Below, piece by piece: positions 1 to 7,319 of a stretch of DNA of 14,297 nt. Numbering within the stretch: the stretch's first letter is position 1; every line of letters starts with the position of its first letter. The translations under genes were made by a program, and so were the position numbers. The notes under the pieces were generated by a model that was given only the letters and a program-made list of their open reading frames with translations, was not told where the DNA came from and made no database searches. Source of the stretch: Pseudobacteriovorax sp. Lineage in GTDB: Bacteria; Bdellovibrionota_B; Oligoflexia; Oligoflexales; Oligoflexaceae. The DNA is taken from NCBI GenBank assembly GCA_050293845.1, contig JBNKNM010000145.1, positions 1-14,297 of the forward strand, given 5' to 3'.

Positions 1-1
1 C

Positions 2-142
2 TTTTCAGTAAAATTTTTTCATAACATTGGCCTCGATTACGTTAGTTGCTCGCCGTTCCGGTTGCCAATTGCGCGACTTGCTGCAGCGCAGGCAGCTATA
101 GAAGAGATGGAAGCCGATACCCAGAGAAAAGAAATCGACTAG
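2..142 (+). CDS. ppdK: Pyruvate phosphate dikinase, C-terminal 46 aa (gene starts before the window)
   Basis: Manual translation of frame +2: [49 protein letters not shown] at 140-142. [23 protein letters not shown] is the conserved PPDK C-terminus. Confidence 0.95.
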   Translation, partial: FSVKFFHNIGLDYVSCSPFRLPIARLAAAQAAIEEMEADTQRKEID

Positions 143-150
143 AAAACTTT

Positions 151-184
151 CGGATCATAGCACGGCGCGCCGTGCTATGATCCG
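151..184. repeat. Perfect 34-bp palindrome, REP-like or RNA-stabilising hairpin
   Basis: CGGATCATAGCACGGCG|CGCCGTGCTATGATCCG: the 17-bp arms are exact reverse complements with no spacer. It lies 8 nt after the ppdK stop and has no U-tract directly following on either strand. Confidence 0.85.
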
Positions 185-298
185 CATCGGTACTAGAGCA
201 GAATATCCCCCCGATCCGACTGCGGGCTTCCGTAACTTTATCTGCTTACTACGATCAAAAAGCTTATATCGCAGCTTTCTTGCTCACTAGAACAAATT

Positions 299-341
299 TT
301 TGGGAATGGGAGCCTCACAATCTTTGGGAAGAATTTGGGAA
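299..341. repeat. Three direct copies of TTTGGGAA
   Basis: Copies at 299-306, 323-330 and 334-341 (start-to-start spacing 24 and 11 nt). Function unknown. Confidence 0.6.
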
Positions 342-663
342 TTAGTGTTTTGAAACCGATTTGATAAGCAGATCTTTTCTTGGTAACATCTATTTCATTG
401 CAAGCCTGCAATCAGGCAATATTTCCCACCTTAGATCTAGAGAATCTTGCACTATATGCAGATATTTCATGGATAGTTCGGGAGGAAAACAGTTTTTCAC
501 ACCCCATGCAGTTAGGTGCTTCTTCAAAAAACAACATATTTTTTATGTCTTCTGCATGCCGTACCTTATGGATAGTCGTAGCATGGATCGACCAACTTGT
601 TAATTGATGTACTAACAAATCTAGGTTTTAATCGTAACTCAAGTAAACCTTTCAAGAAATCTA

Positions 664-2472
664 CTAGTCGAATTTTAATGTTGGTAGTTCTGCTATGTTT
701 CCAAAATTCCAGAGTGGATTTTCGTTACTATTCACAAAGACTCCCCAACCGCTATAAAGAACCTCTCCGGCAACGCATGTCCCATCATCTGCCGTGGTTG
801 GACATTTTAGTTGGTCTAATGTTGCTCCAAAAATTCCTGTTTCCACAAACGTATCTGTCAACCCATAAGGTTCTGTTTGGTTGCTAGTATCTGTAGCCCA
901 ATAAGTAAGAGATGTTTCGGAATTTTGAATCAATCCGAATAATCCTCCTACTTCGGTATCTCCATCAACAGACCCTGTGGCGTAGCTAAAGCTTATATTA
1001 GAATTTTCTACAACAGAGCCTATCAGACCACCTTGGCGGGAAACTCCTAAGACGGACCCCGTAGCATAGCTTGTACTTACATTTGAATTACCTGAAATAC
1101 CAATAAGTCCACCTACATCCTGTTCTCCTTCGCTTGCTCCACTGGCAAAGCTTGAGCTTATATTCGATTGATTTTGCAAGCCGATCAGTCCACCGATTAT
1201 ATTACTACCTTTTACAGCCCCATTCGCAAAACTTGCATCGATTGTAGATTCCATCACGATACCGATCAAACCACCGACACCAACCATCCCAGATACCGTT
1301 CCGGTTCCGTTACACAGATTTATGATAGAAATATTTTCAGCTAACCCGACTAACCCTCCAATCCCATTAACACCTTGCACAGCTCCACTAGAAAGACTAG
1401 AGATTATACTGGAAGCATTAGTTATCCCTACAAGCCCACCAACATTCCCTGATCCGGAAACAGGACCCGTGGCTTCGCTAAGACTCAGAATGGCATTAGA
1501 AGCAGCTGACCCCACCAAACCGCCAACATTGTCATTACCACTCACAGCTCCCCTAGATAGACTGGAGCTGATAGTAGATTCACTAACAATCCCAACTAAT
1601 CCCCCAACTCTGTCTTTTCCGGATACCGACCCTGAAACGCTGCAAGAACTGATATTTGAACGTTCCGCTTGGCCCACCAAACCGCCAACACTAAATCCTC
1701 CCGTAATATTTACCCCTTCGAGAATAAGATTAGATATTGATGCCTCGTACACACTTCCAAATAAACCTACAAGATTAAGATCTCTAGAAATAAAGAGATT
1801 GAGGATCTTGTGGTCATTTCCTTTAAAAATCGCGGTAAAATCGGTTGCATTGTCGCCATCTATAGGTAACCAACCAAGACCTCCATTCCAAAATTTATCA
1901 TTTTCGTCGATCACGCCATCGGCATTAGTATCAAAGTCAAGATCTGCTGCTAGCTCATAACCGACACACCCAGTGACAGAACATCCACTAGTCTTCCCAA
2001 ATAAACTAGTTCCCGCGAGATCATTACGAATTTCATTGAGCTCATCCAAAGAAACGATTTCAATGAGTTTATCATTATCATCATCGATATCAGCATTATC
2101 TCCGATACCATCTTCATCAGCATCAGCATACTCATTCGGATCAGTTGGAAAAACATCTAAGTTATCTTCAAATCCATCGCCGTCATCATCAGTATCAGCA
2201 TTATTTCCGATACCATCATTATCTGTATCACTGTATTCATCTGGATCGCTGGGAAAGGCATCATTAATGTCTAAAACGCCATCATTATCATCATCGATAT
2301 CAGCACTGTCCACAATGCCATCGCCATCCGAATCAACCGTCTCAGCAGGGTCGTTTGATGAAACATTTGAACTTTGCTTAATGCCATCCGAATCTCGAGT
2401 ATCAGATGTTTTTTTACACGAAGAGGCTAAATATAGCATTGCTATTAGAATAGTAAAGCTCCGGATAATCAT
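664..2472 (-). CDS. Surface lipoprotein with thrombospondin type-3-like Ca-binding repeats and GLUG-motif repeats (about 602 aa)
   Basis: Start moved from TTG 2544 to ATG 2472, which has an AAAGGCGG RBS 7 nt upstream. Signal peptide MIIRSFTILIAMLYLASS-C with lipobox Cys19. DxDxDG/DAFPxDPxE repeats, followed by ten GGL[VIF]G repeats about 27-28 aa apart. Confidence 0.88.
   Translation of the reverse strand: MIIRSFTILIAMLYLASSCKKTSDTRDSDGIKQSSNVSSNDPAETVDSDGDGIVDSADIDDDNDGVLDINDAFPSDPDEYSDTDNDGIGNNADTDDDGDGFEDNLDVFPTDPNEYADADEDGIGDNADIDDDNDKLIEIVSLDELNEIRNDLAGTSLFGKTSGCSVTGCVGYELAADLDFDTNADGVIDENDKFWNGGLGWLPIDGDNATDFTAIFKGNDHKILNLFISRDLNLVGLFGSVYEASISNLILEGVNITGGFSVGGLVGQAERSNISSCSVSGSVSGKDRVGGLVGIVSESTISSSLSRGAVSGNDNVGGLVGSAASNAILSLSEATGPVSGSGNVGGLVGITNASSIISSLSSGAVQGVNGIGGLVGLAENISIINLCNGTGTVSGMVGVGGLIGIVMESTIDASFANGAVKGSNIIGGLIGLQNQSNISSSFASGASEGEQDVGGLIGISGNSNVSTSYATGSVLGVSRQGGLIGSVVENSNISFSYATGSVDGDTEVGGLFGLIQNSETSLTYWATDTSNQTEPYGLTDTFVETGIFGATLDQLKCPTTADDGTCVAGEVLYSGWGVFVNSNENPLWNFGNIAELPTLKFD
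934..1689 (-). repeat. Intragenic GLUG-like repeat array (10 x GGL[VIF]G)
   Basis: Counted in the translation, from SVGGLVG to EVGGLFG, each typically preceded by an S-x-A/S-x-G-x-V-x-G segment. Confidence 0.85.
2071..2340 (-). repeat. Intragenic acidic Ca-binding repeat, about 35-codon period, about 2.5 units
   Basis: An identical 25-mer (ATCATTATCATCATCGATATCAGCA) occurs at 2071-2095 and 2281-2305, 210 nt apart. It encodes ADIDDDND. Confidence 0.85.
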
Positions 2473-2871
2473 GAAAACACCGCCTTTGAATAGACATAGG
2501 TTTACCATTTGAAATGGGATTGAGAATTGTTTGCTGCCCCCCAATAATCTATTAAATATAGGAAAGCCTGCAAAACGCTAGTTTTTGCTCAAAGTGGATC
2601 ATGAAGAATGGAATATAAGAATTTGATCCCGTCTTGCACAATACCCCCCCCACCGGTTATGACAATTATTCGAATGAGTTACAGCAAATAGCACACCAAA
2701 TCGTAAGCTACTAACTTTAAAGGATTATTCTGTTTGTTTCCTGTAAGCTAACTTGACATTCTGAATCACTGGCTATTCATTAGACATGAGAATCACTTTG
2801 TGTTGATAGCTCGTACTTCTAACTTTAGCTGCTTTTATCTGATATTCGGCAGTAATACCCTAAAATCTGTT

Positions 2872-3256
2872 CTAGCAATTCACGGACTTATTATCCAAAT
2901 TAACCTTACCACTTTGCGTGTTGATCGTTTTACCAAATAAATTATTAAGATTTGATACTAAATAACAAAAAAAGTTATGAATCTCATAAGAAATCATCTC
3001 ACTTTGGATGCAGGCCGCAATATTGGAAGAAGGTATAGCTAATGGGGACAAGGATCTAGCAAATTCTATTAGCTGGTTTTTTCGAACTTTTTTGGAATGA
3101 CTTATCCATATAGATATCCGTAAAAACAGCGAAAAAATTCCCTGTTACAATTTCTTGTAAAGCCACTTCGAGCTCGGTAAAGGTGAGTACCTCAGAACCT
3201 TCAGGTAGATTTTTAAGTACATTGGCATCTAAGTTGAACCCATTTGAAAGAATCAA
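2872..3256 (-). pseudogene. Degenerate response-regulator receiver-like gene
   Basis: The track ORF reads ...TFTELEVALQEIVTGNFFAVFTDIYMD, resembling receiver alpha2-beta3 with the acceptor Asp. A +1 shift in the A6 runs (3077-3093) continues LIEFARSLSP (alpha3-like) and stays open about 70 codons to TAG 2874-2872. The N-terminal acidic pair and conserved Lys were not found. Confidence 0.4.
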
Positions 3257-3319
3257 GCAGCATCAGAAATTAAAGATTGATCGTTGCCGCTAGCTTAAAA
3301 GTTTTGCGAAGATTTACAC

Positions 3320-3350
3320 TAAGAAAGCGGCTATTACAGCCGCTAGTTTT
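3320..3350 (-). terminator. Intrinsic terminator, possibly bidirectional
   Basis: Stem AGCGGCT (3326-3332) / AGCCGCT (3338-3344) with a 5-nt loop; followed by TTCTT on the minus strand and AGTTTT on the plus strand. Confidence 0.55.
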
Positions 3351-3441
3351 CTAAATGACAAGGTACTCCCCAATTATGATCGGTATGACCTTTCCCATAA
3401 AGGGGCCTACCAGATCGCTGAAAGGGGTGTTTTGGGTCATT

Positions 3442-3599
3442 ACAAGTTCCAATCAATTCTCCTGTTTTGCTATCAAGGCGCATTTCTATAGATCCGCCTC
3501 TAGTTGCCGAAGTAACCCGAGCTTCAAATGAATCGGCATTAGATCGGAATTCAACATCTTTAACTTTTCATAGTTACTGCTATTGATGTAGCCAGCATT
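3442..3599 (-). pseudogene. Carbohydrate-binding module family 6 (CBM6) fragment, frameshifted
   Basis: Manual translation: NAGYINSSNY / (1-nt deletion near 3569) KVKDVEFRSNADSFEARVTSATRGGSIEMRLDSKTGELIGTC. This matches the CBM6 pattern G-Y-I..G-D-Y-I-K-V-K-x-V-D-F-G..F-x-ARVAS...GG-x-IE-x-RLDS-x-TG-x-LIGTC. No start codon or catalytic domain is present. Confidence 0.8.
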
Positions 3600-3722
3600 G
3601 ATGGCGAGAAAAAAAGAAATCACACAATCTAAATCTTGATTAAACGCGGACTAAGCCAGATGGTTCAGGTTCGACCCATCTGCGTCGTTAAGATCATAGT
3701 TGCATCAGAACGATTCTTAAAC

Positions 3723-4643
3723 TCAAAAAGGTACTGCGAGAGAAAGAGAGAGGAAGCTACCAGATTGTAGCTGCTTTTTGATTTCTCCACGATATAGTTC
3801 TCGTCCGTCGAAGGCATAGCCAGCGGTTATTTTTAATAACGCTAAATCCAATGTTAAAAAAACAGAACGATAGTGAACTTCAAGAGTTTCGTCTCCATTC
3901 CCAGAGGCTATGGTGAATTCCCCAATCCCATCATTCTTAACACCGACGATGAAGCTGGCGAAATCACGTCCAGAATTTGTTCCCCAAAAGGGAAAATAAG
4001 TCAAGCCAAGTTCGTAGATCAGATCCCTTTCATCTCTTAATTGATCCATTCTAAGATCGGCGAACAATCGAATTCGATTTTTTGGCTGTAGTATAAAGCT
4101 TATATTTGGTGATGTAAGAAATTCAAACTTTGACTCTATGAAGTTTGATTCTTGCTTGATGCGCACCAATGGTAATGGAATCACCGGCCATGGTTTTCCG
4201 TTGCTTTGGTCGATACCGAAATCACCGACGGCTAATCCACCACCTAATACCACCGACCATCTAGGATCACTTGCCATTTCAATTCCCATCGCAAAGGCAG
4301 ACTCGTATGTATGCAGCCCGCCAGCAACAGGCTCGTTAGATTCACTTCTGAATATCCCTAAGTATTGGTAGTGACCTTCCTTGGTATCAAGAAGTAGATC
4401 GATGGACTTATAATGATCTGGATAGTCGAACAAGAGGTTTCTATCGAATTCATGTTCTGTATAAATACCAACAGCCATGGTATCGGAACTTTGATGGACG
4501 AAGCCAACACTAGATGATTTAATCTCTTGGCTCTTAACACTAAGCTTGTCATGTTGAAGCAACACCGCGGTTTGAGAATCATCTGTAGCATATGAGATGC
4601 TTGGGATTAAAAGTAAAAACTGCCAGAGTATGAGTCGTTTCAT
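3723..4643 (-). CDS. Exported hypothetical protein, probable outer-membrane beta-barrel
   Basis: 306-aa ORF with a Sec signal peptide (MKRLILWQFLLLIPSISYA), alternating beta-strand patterns and a C-terminal ...FLSLSLAVPF with terminal Phe. Its start overlaps the upstream stop (ATGA, 4640-4643). Confidence 0.75.
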   Translation of the reverse strand: MKRLILWQFLLLIPSISYATDDSQTAVLLQHDKLSVKSQEIKSSSVGFVHQSSDTMAVGIYTEHEFDRNLLFDYPDHYKSIDLLLDTKEGHYQYLGIFRSESNEPVAGGLHTYESAFAMGIEMASDPRWSVVLGGGLAVGDFGIDQSNGKPWPVIPLPLVRIKQESNFIESKFEFLTSPNISFILQPKNRIRLFADLRMDQLRDERDLIYELGLTYFPFWGTNSGRDFASFIVGVKNDGIGEFTIASGNGDETLEVHYRSVFLTLDLALLKITAGYAFDGRELYRGEIKKQLQSGSFLSLSLAVPF

Positions 4644-5470
4644 GAAGGCACCTTCTCAAGCTGTTTGGCAAAGAAATTCTCTCTTTCTTTGAGAATGATA
4701 CATACAGCTAATACCGTGAGAATTCCGGTTTGAATGATCTTGCTATCTGGGTGTGTCGAGAATACTTCATTAAAGACATTTGCGGCCATATGCATGACCA
4801 CCGTCACCAAGATATTGCGATTGGTCTTAAAATAAAGCCAATTCATTAGAATCACGAAGGGAAAGATGCTAAGCAAAAAGTTCAGGCTGTATTGAATACC
4901 TTCAACCACTAAATTGCTATGGTAGTAATCCTTTATAAGGGCGAGTGGTAAATGCCAAATTCCCCAGTAAAGCGCAAAAATCATAGATGTTACAAATAGT
5001 GAGTACCTTTGTCTCAGGCAGTCTGTACCGTAAGAATGCCAAGCAAGCTCTTCTAATATTGGTGCTAGTATGAGTAAGACCCAGACCGGAAAAACACCAG
5101 AGGTGAAAGTAGTCTGACCGGTTATAACAAATTGCTCAATGCCATGGCCGAACAGCAGCGATATCCCCATCGCCAGTAGTATACTTGCTGGCATTAGTAT
5201 TGCCGATATGACAAAGTATCCCCAATTGGAACGGTTCATGTTGAATAAGCGACCGAATGTATCTTTGACAAGAATCTTGTCTTTTCTAATATAGTAAGTT
5301 GCTATTAGCATGGGAGCTCCTAAACCCAGCAGTCCCAAAATGCTGATGTAGGATTGATAGGTTTCAGCGGTTGAAAGGTTGCTAATATAGGCGGCGATTA
5401 GCCAAAGCGACCATGGAATGATGGTACTTAAGAAATAGAACATGAGTGGGTACTTGTATTTTTTGATCAT
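4640..5470 (-). CDS. CPBP family (CAAX protease-like, Rce1/Abi) intramembrane glutamic endopeptidase
   Basis: About 8 hydrophobic segments; motifs PILEELAWHSY (EExxxR with R replaced by H), WGIWHLP and HMAAN. AGGAG RBS at 5482-5478. Confidence 0.9.
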   Translation of the reverse strand: MIKKYKYPLMFYFLSTIIPWSLWLIAAYISNLSTAETYQSYISILGLLGLGAPMLIATYYIRKDKILVKDTFGRLFNMNRSNWGYFVISAILMPASILLAMGISLLFGHGIEQFVITGQTTFTSGVFPVWVLLILAPILEELAWHSYGTDCLRQRYSLFVTSMIFALYWGIWHLPLALIKDYYHSNLVVEGIQYSLNFLLSIFPFVILMNWLYFKTNRNILVTVVMHMAANVFNEVFSTHPDSKIIQTGILTVLAVCIILKERENFFAKQLEKVPS

Positions 5471-5486
5471 TTGTCATCTCCTAAAA

Positions 5487-5553
5487 ACTTTTAGTCGACT
5501 ATAAGTATATGGAGCTAATCGGGATTTGTCAAAATTTCTTTAGACGACTATAA
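5487..5553. promoter_or_regulatory. Two putative TetR operators, core TAGWCGACTA
   Basis: ACTTTTAGTCGACTATAAGT (5487-5506, 20-bp palindrome with one mismatched pair) and TTTAGACGACTATAA (5539-5553). Each overlaps one of the -10 elements. Confidence 0.75.
5504..5532 (-). promoter_or_regulatory. Sigma70 promoter for the CPBP-OMP operon
   Basis: TTGACA (5532-5527), 17-nt spacer, TATACT (5509-5504). Confidence 0.8.
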
Positions 5554-5554
5554 T
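5526..5554 (+). promoter_or_regulatory. Sigma70 promoter for the divergent TetR gene
   Basis: TTGTCA (5526-5531), 17-nt spacer, TATAAT (5549-5554). Its -35 overlaps that of the opposite promoter. Confidence 0.75.
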
Positions 5555-5610
5555 ATTTTTTATTTGTCTTTTATTTATAAAGACTTAACTCCTATGGATT
5601 GGATTCAACT

Positions 5611-6222
5611 ATGAGTTTTGGCAAACGCAGCCTGAATAAAGCTGAAACCAGGCTTAATATATTAAGAGCAGTTTATCGCCTGTCAGAGACCGAGAACTTT
5701 CGGGATCTCAAGGTTAAATTGATCGTTGAAGATGCAGGTATCACTGAGATGACATTTTTCAATTACTTCAAAAAAAAGGAAGACATTCTTCAATATATGA
5801 TGGGCATCTGGGCCCTTGATATAACAGCACATCAAATTAGGAAGCCGCTGACAGGGAGCAAAGCCATCCGTCGGTTGTTTTCCCTTACAGCACAGTACGT
5901 AAAACAGCACCCAGGCCTGATGGTGAGTTTTATATCGTTTCTCGTCACAAACGAAATTGACCCCAATGCCAATGACATTGAGGCCGCAGACCGATCATTG
6001 CTCTACCCAGAAATACCCGAAATTTATGAAGCAAAAATACTTAGTGGTAACGAAATGCTCTTAAAACACCTACAGGAAACAAATATAACTAACGATCACA
6101 CACAGACCCTGTTGCATTTGGCATCCTGCTTTTACGGCGATGTTATTGTAGCTCATACGGCTAAATTTGACCTTCAGCAATTGTATAGCAAGAGCCTTGA
6201 CCTGATTTTAGGTGGTACGTGA
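5611..6222 (+). CDS. TetR/AcrR family transcriptional regulator
   Basis: N-terminal HTH LKVKLIVEDAGITEMTFFNYFKKKEDIL; about 203 aa. ATG 5611 is preferred over TTG 5599, but the start is uncertain. Confidence 0.9.
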   Translation: MSFGKRSLNKAETRLNILRAVYRLSETENFRDLKVKLIVEDAGITEMTFFNYFKKKEDILQYMMGIWALDITAHQIRKPLTGSKAIRRLFSLTAQYVKQHPGLMVSFISFLVTNEIDPNANDIEAADRSLLYPEIPEIYEAKILSGNEMLLKHLQETNITNDHTQTLLHLASCFYGDVIVAHTAKFDLQQLYSKSLDLILGGT

Positions 6223-6324
6223 AGTACACCCACCTAGCGGTGATTTAACCGCTTCAACCAGCGGCGATATTTCTATTATTTATTGCGGTATTGGTGTCCG
6301 CATTTGCCGAAAACCCGCAACTAT

Positions 6325-6613
6325 ATTCAAATCTTGCTTGGTCCTTACGTGAGGATTTTTCGACTTTACTGCAGTTTGAAACTCCCACTCCAGCATTTGC
6401 GAAAATATATATTTGGCTTCAAAAGAAAGATTCAAAGCTTAGAGGCAAAAAGATCCGTACTATAAGTCTTATTAAACGCATTACAAAAGCAAATCCCACA
6501 CTATTTGCCTATTGGGGATTGATACCGATGTACTAACGGGAGCCGTATAAACTGAGAGGTTCACGTACGGATCTAGGAGCAGTTCGAGGGGAAGTTCCTC
6601 TTACTGACTCGAC
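6325..6613 (+). mobile_element. 5'-truncated group II intron remnant (maturase C-terminus plus domains V and VI)
   Basis: LLGPYVR...LQHLRKYI (frame of ORF 6283) shifts near 6412 into WLQKKDSKLRGKKIRTISLIKRITKANPTLFAYW (frame of ORF 6291). This resembles the maturase C-terminus of endonuclease-less, RmInt1-like (class D) proteins. Stop at 6536, then domain V at 6540. No RT core or domains I-III upstream. Confidence 0.9.
6540..6613 (+). ncRNA. Group II intron catalytic domain V (6540-6573) and domain VI with branch A
   Basis: DV is GAGCCGTATAAACTGAGAGGTTCACGTACGGATC: 34 nt, AGC triad, GAGA tetraloop, AC bulge. DVI pairs GAG/CTC, CAGT/ACTG and GAGG/CCTC with a bulged A at 6607 and ends in AC at 6613. 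Confidence 0.93.
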
Positions 6614-6659
6614 AAGAACAGGGCGAGAGGAGAGTCTCCTCCCACCGCAGCTATGATGA

Positions 6660-6689
6660 CAGGAAAGATGCGCCAAGCATTCCTTGGCA
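6660..6689 (-). terminator. Possible terminator hairpin after the CMD gene
   Basis: Minus strand GTGCCAAG-GAATG-CTTGGCGC followed by ATCTTTCC; the U-tract is weak. Confidence 0.4.
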
Positions 6690-6710
6690 CCGGTGAAAAC
6701 AGCTTTCTGA

Positions 6711-7259
6711 TTATTTGTTGGCAACTTTAGCCTCACCAAGATCAACAGCGGGAAAGTCGATTTCGGTATTGGCAAGGTTGTTGGCGAAGTTGGTCAAGAC
6801 GTTAAGGCTGACGTGGGCTACTGTTTCAAGAAGCACAGAGTCGCTATAGCCAGCAGCACGAACTTGGGCCAAGACTTTTTCATCTGCGCGACCTTTGCCT
6901 TCTAAAAGACTTTCTGCGAAGTTGATCAGCGCTTCAATCTTGGAGTCAGCAGAATGACCGTTGGCGGCGATGTCTTCGTTAGGAACCTTTTGTTGTTGGG
7001 CCAGAAAGCTGTGGGCTGCCGAGCAATATTCACAGCCATTAAAATGGGCAGTGACCAGCGCAATCCGCTCCTTATTTTGCGACTTTAGCTCACCCTTTTC
7101 TAGGGACCCGCTCAGGTTCAAGTAAGCGTCCAGTGCCACTTCAGAATTGGCTAAGGTGCTGATCAGATTAGGCACAAAACCAAGCTTCTTATGCACAGCT
7201 TCTAATTTAGTATTAACAGAGGCACTGGCGGTTTCTTTGTTTACAGGTTTGATACTCAT
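6711..7259 (-). CDS. Carboxymuconolactone decarboxylase / AhpD-like alkylhydroperoxidase family protein
   Basis: LGFVPN near the N-terminus, AhpD core ERIALVTAHFNGCEYCSAAH (CxxC..H) and C-terminal LTNFANN..TEIDFP. GGAG RBS at 7271-7268. Confidence 0.92.
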   Translation of the reverse strand: MSIKPVNKETASASVNTKLEAVHKKLGFVPNLISTLANSEVALDAYLNLSGSLEKGELKSQNKERIALVTAHFNGCEYCSAAHSFLAQQQKVPNEDIAANGHSADSKIEALINFAESLLEGKGRADEKVLAQVRAAGYSDSVLLETVAHVSLNVLTNFANNLANTEIDFPAVDLGEAKVANK

Positions 7260-7279
7260 GATAACTTCTCCAAAGTAAT

Positions 7280-7299
7280 TATACAGACAGGTCTGTATA
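7280..7299. promoter_or_regulatory. Putative TetR operator upstream of the CMD gene
   Basis: TATACAGAC-AG-GTCTGTATA, a perfect 9-bp inverted repeat. It overlaps a minus-strand TATAAT (7283-7278). Confidence 0.85.
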
Positions 7300-7319
7300 T
7301 TTTTTAGTTAAAAATTTTT

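Noticed and set aside
1..34. Minus-strand ATG at 22 with a GAGG RBS
   Set aside because: It reads MKKFY* and lies antisense to the ppdK C-terminus.
361..887. Short track ORFs 361-603, 380-607, 412-618 and 597-887
   Set aside because: They overlap each other or the lipoprotein gene and show no convincing start signal or family motif, apart from the speculative integrase scar.
1322..2512. Long plus-strand ORFs 1322-1960 and 1973-2512, and minus ORF 1950-2156
   Set aside because: Pro/Thr- and Ser-rich antisense or off-frame shadows of the Gly- and Asp-rich lipoprotein repeats.
2473..2544. TTG start at 2544 for the lipoprotein
   Set aside because: ATG 2472 has an RBS and places the signal peptide at the N-terminus.
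3641..3695. tRNA fragment (GGTTCGA) or integron attC site
   Set aside because: No cloverleaf can be built; the RYYYAAC/GTTRRRY boxes fit poorly and there is no integron integrase or cassette array.
6236..6253. Hairpin AGCGGT-N6-ACCGCT as TetR terminator
   Set aside because: The 6-bp stem has no real U-tract, so it is too weak to call.
6283..6775. Track ORFs 6283-6465, 6291-6536 and 6533-6775 as real genes
   Set aside because: The first two are frames of a broken intron maturase; the third is largely antisense to intron domains V-VI.
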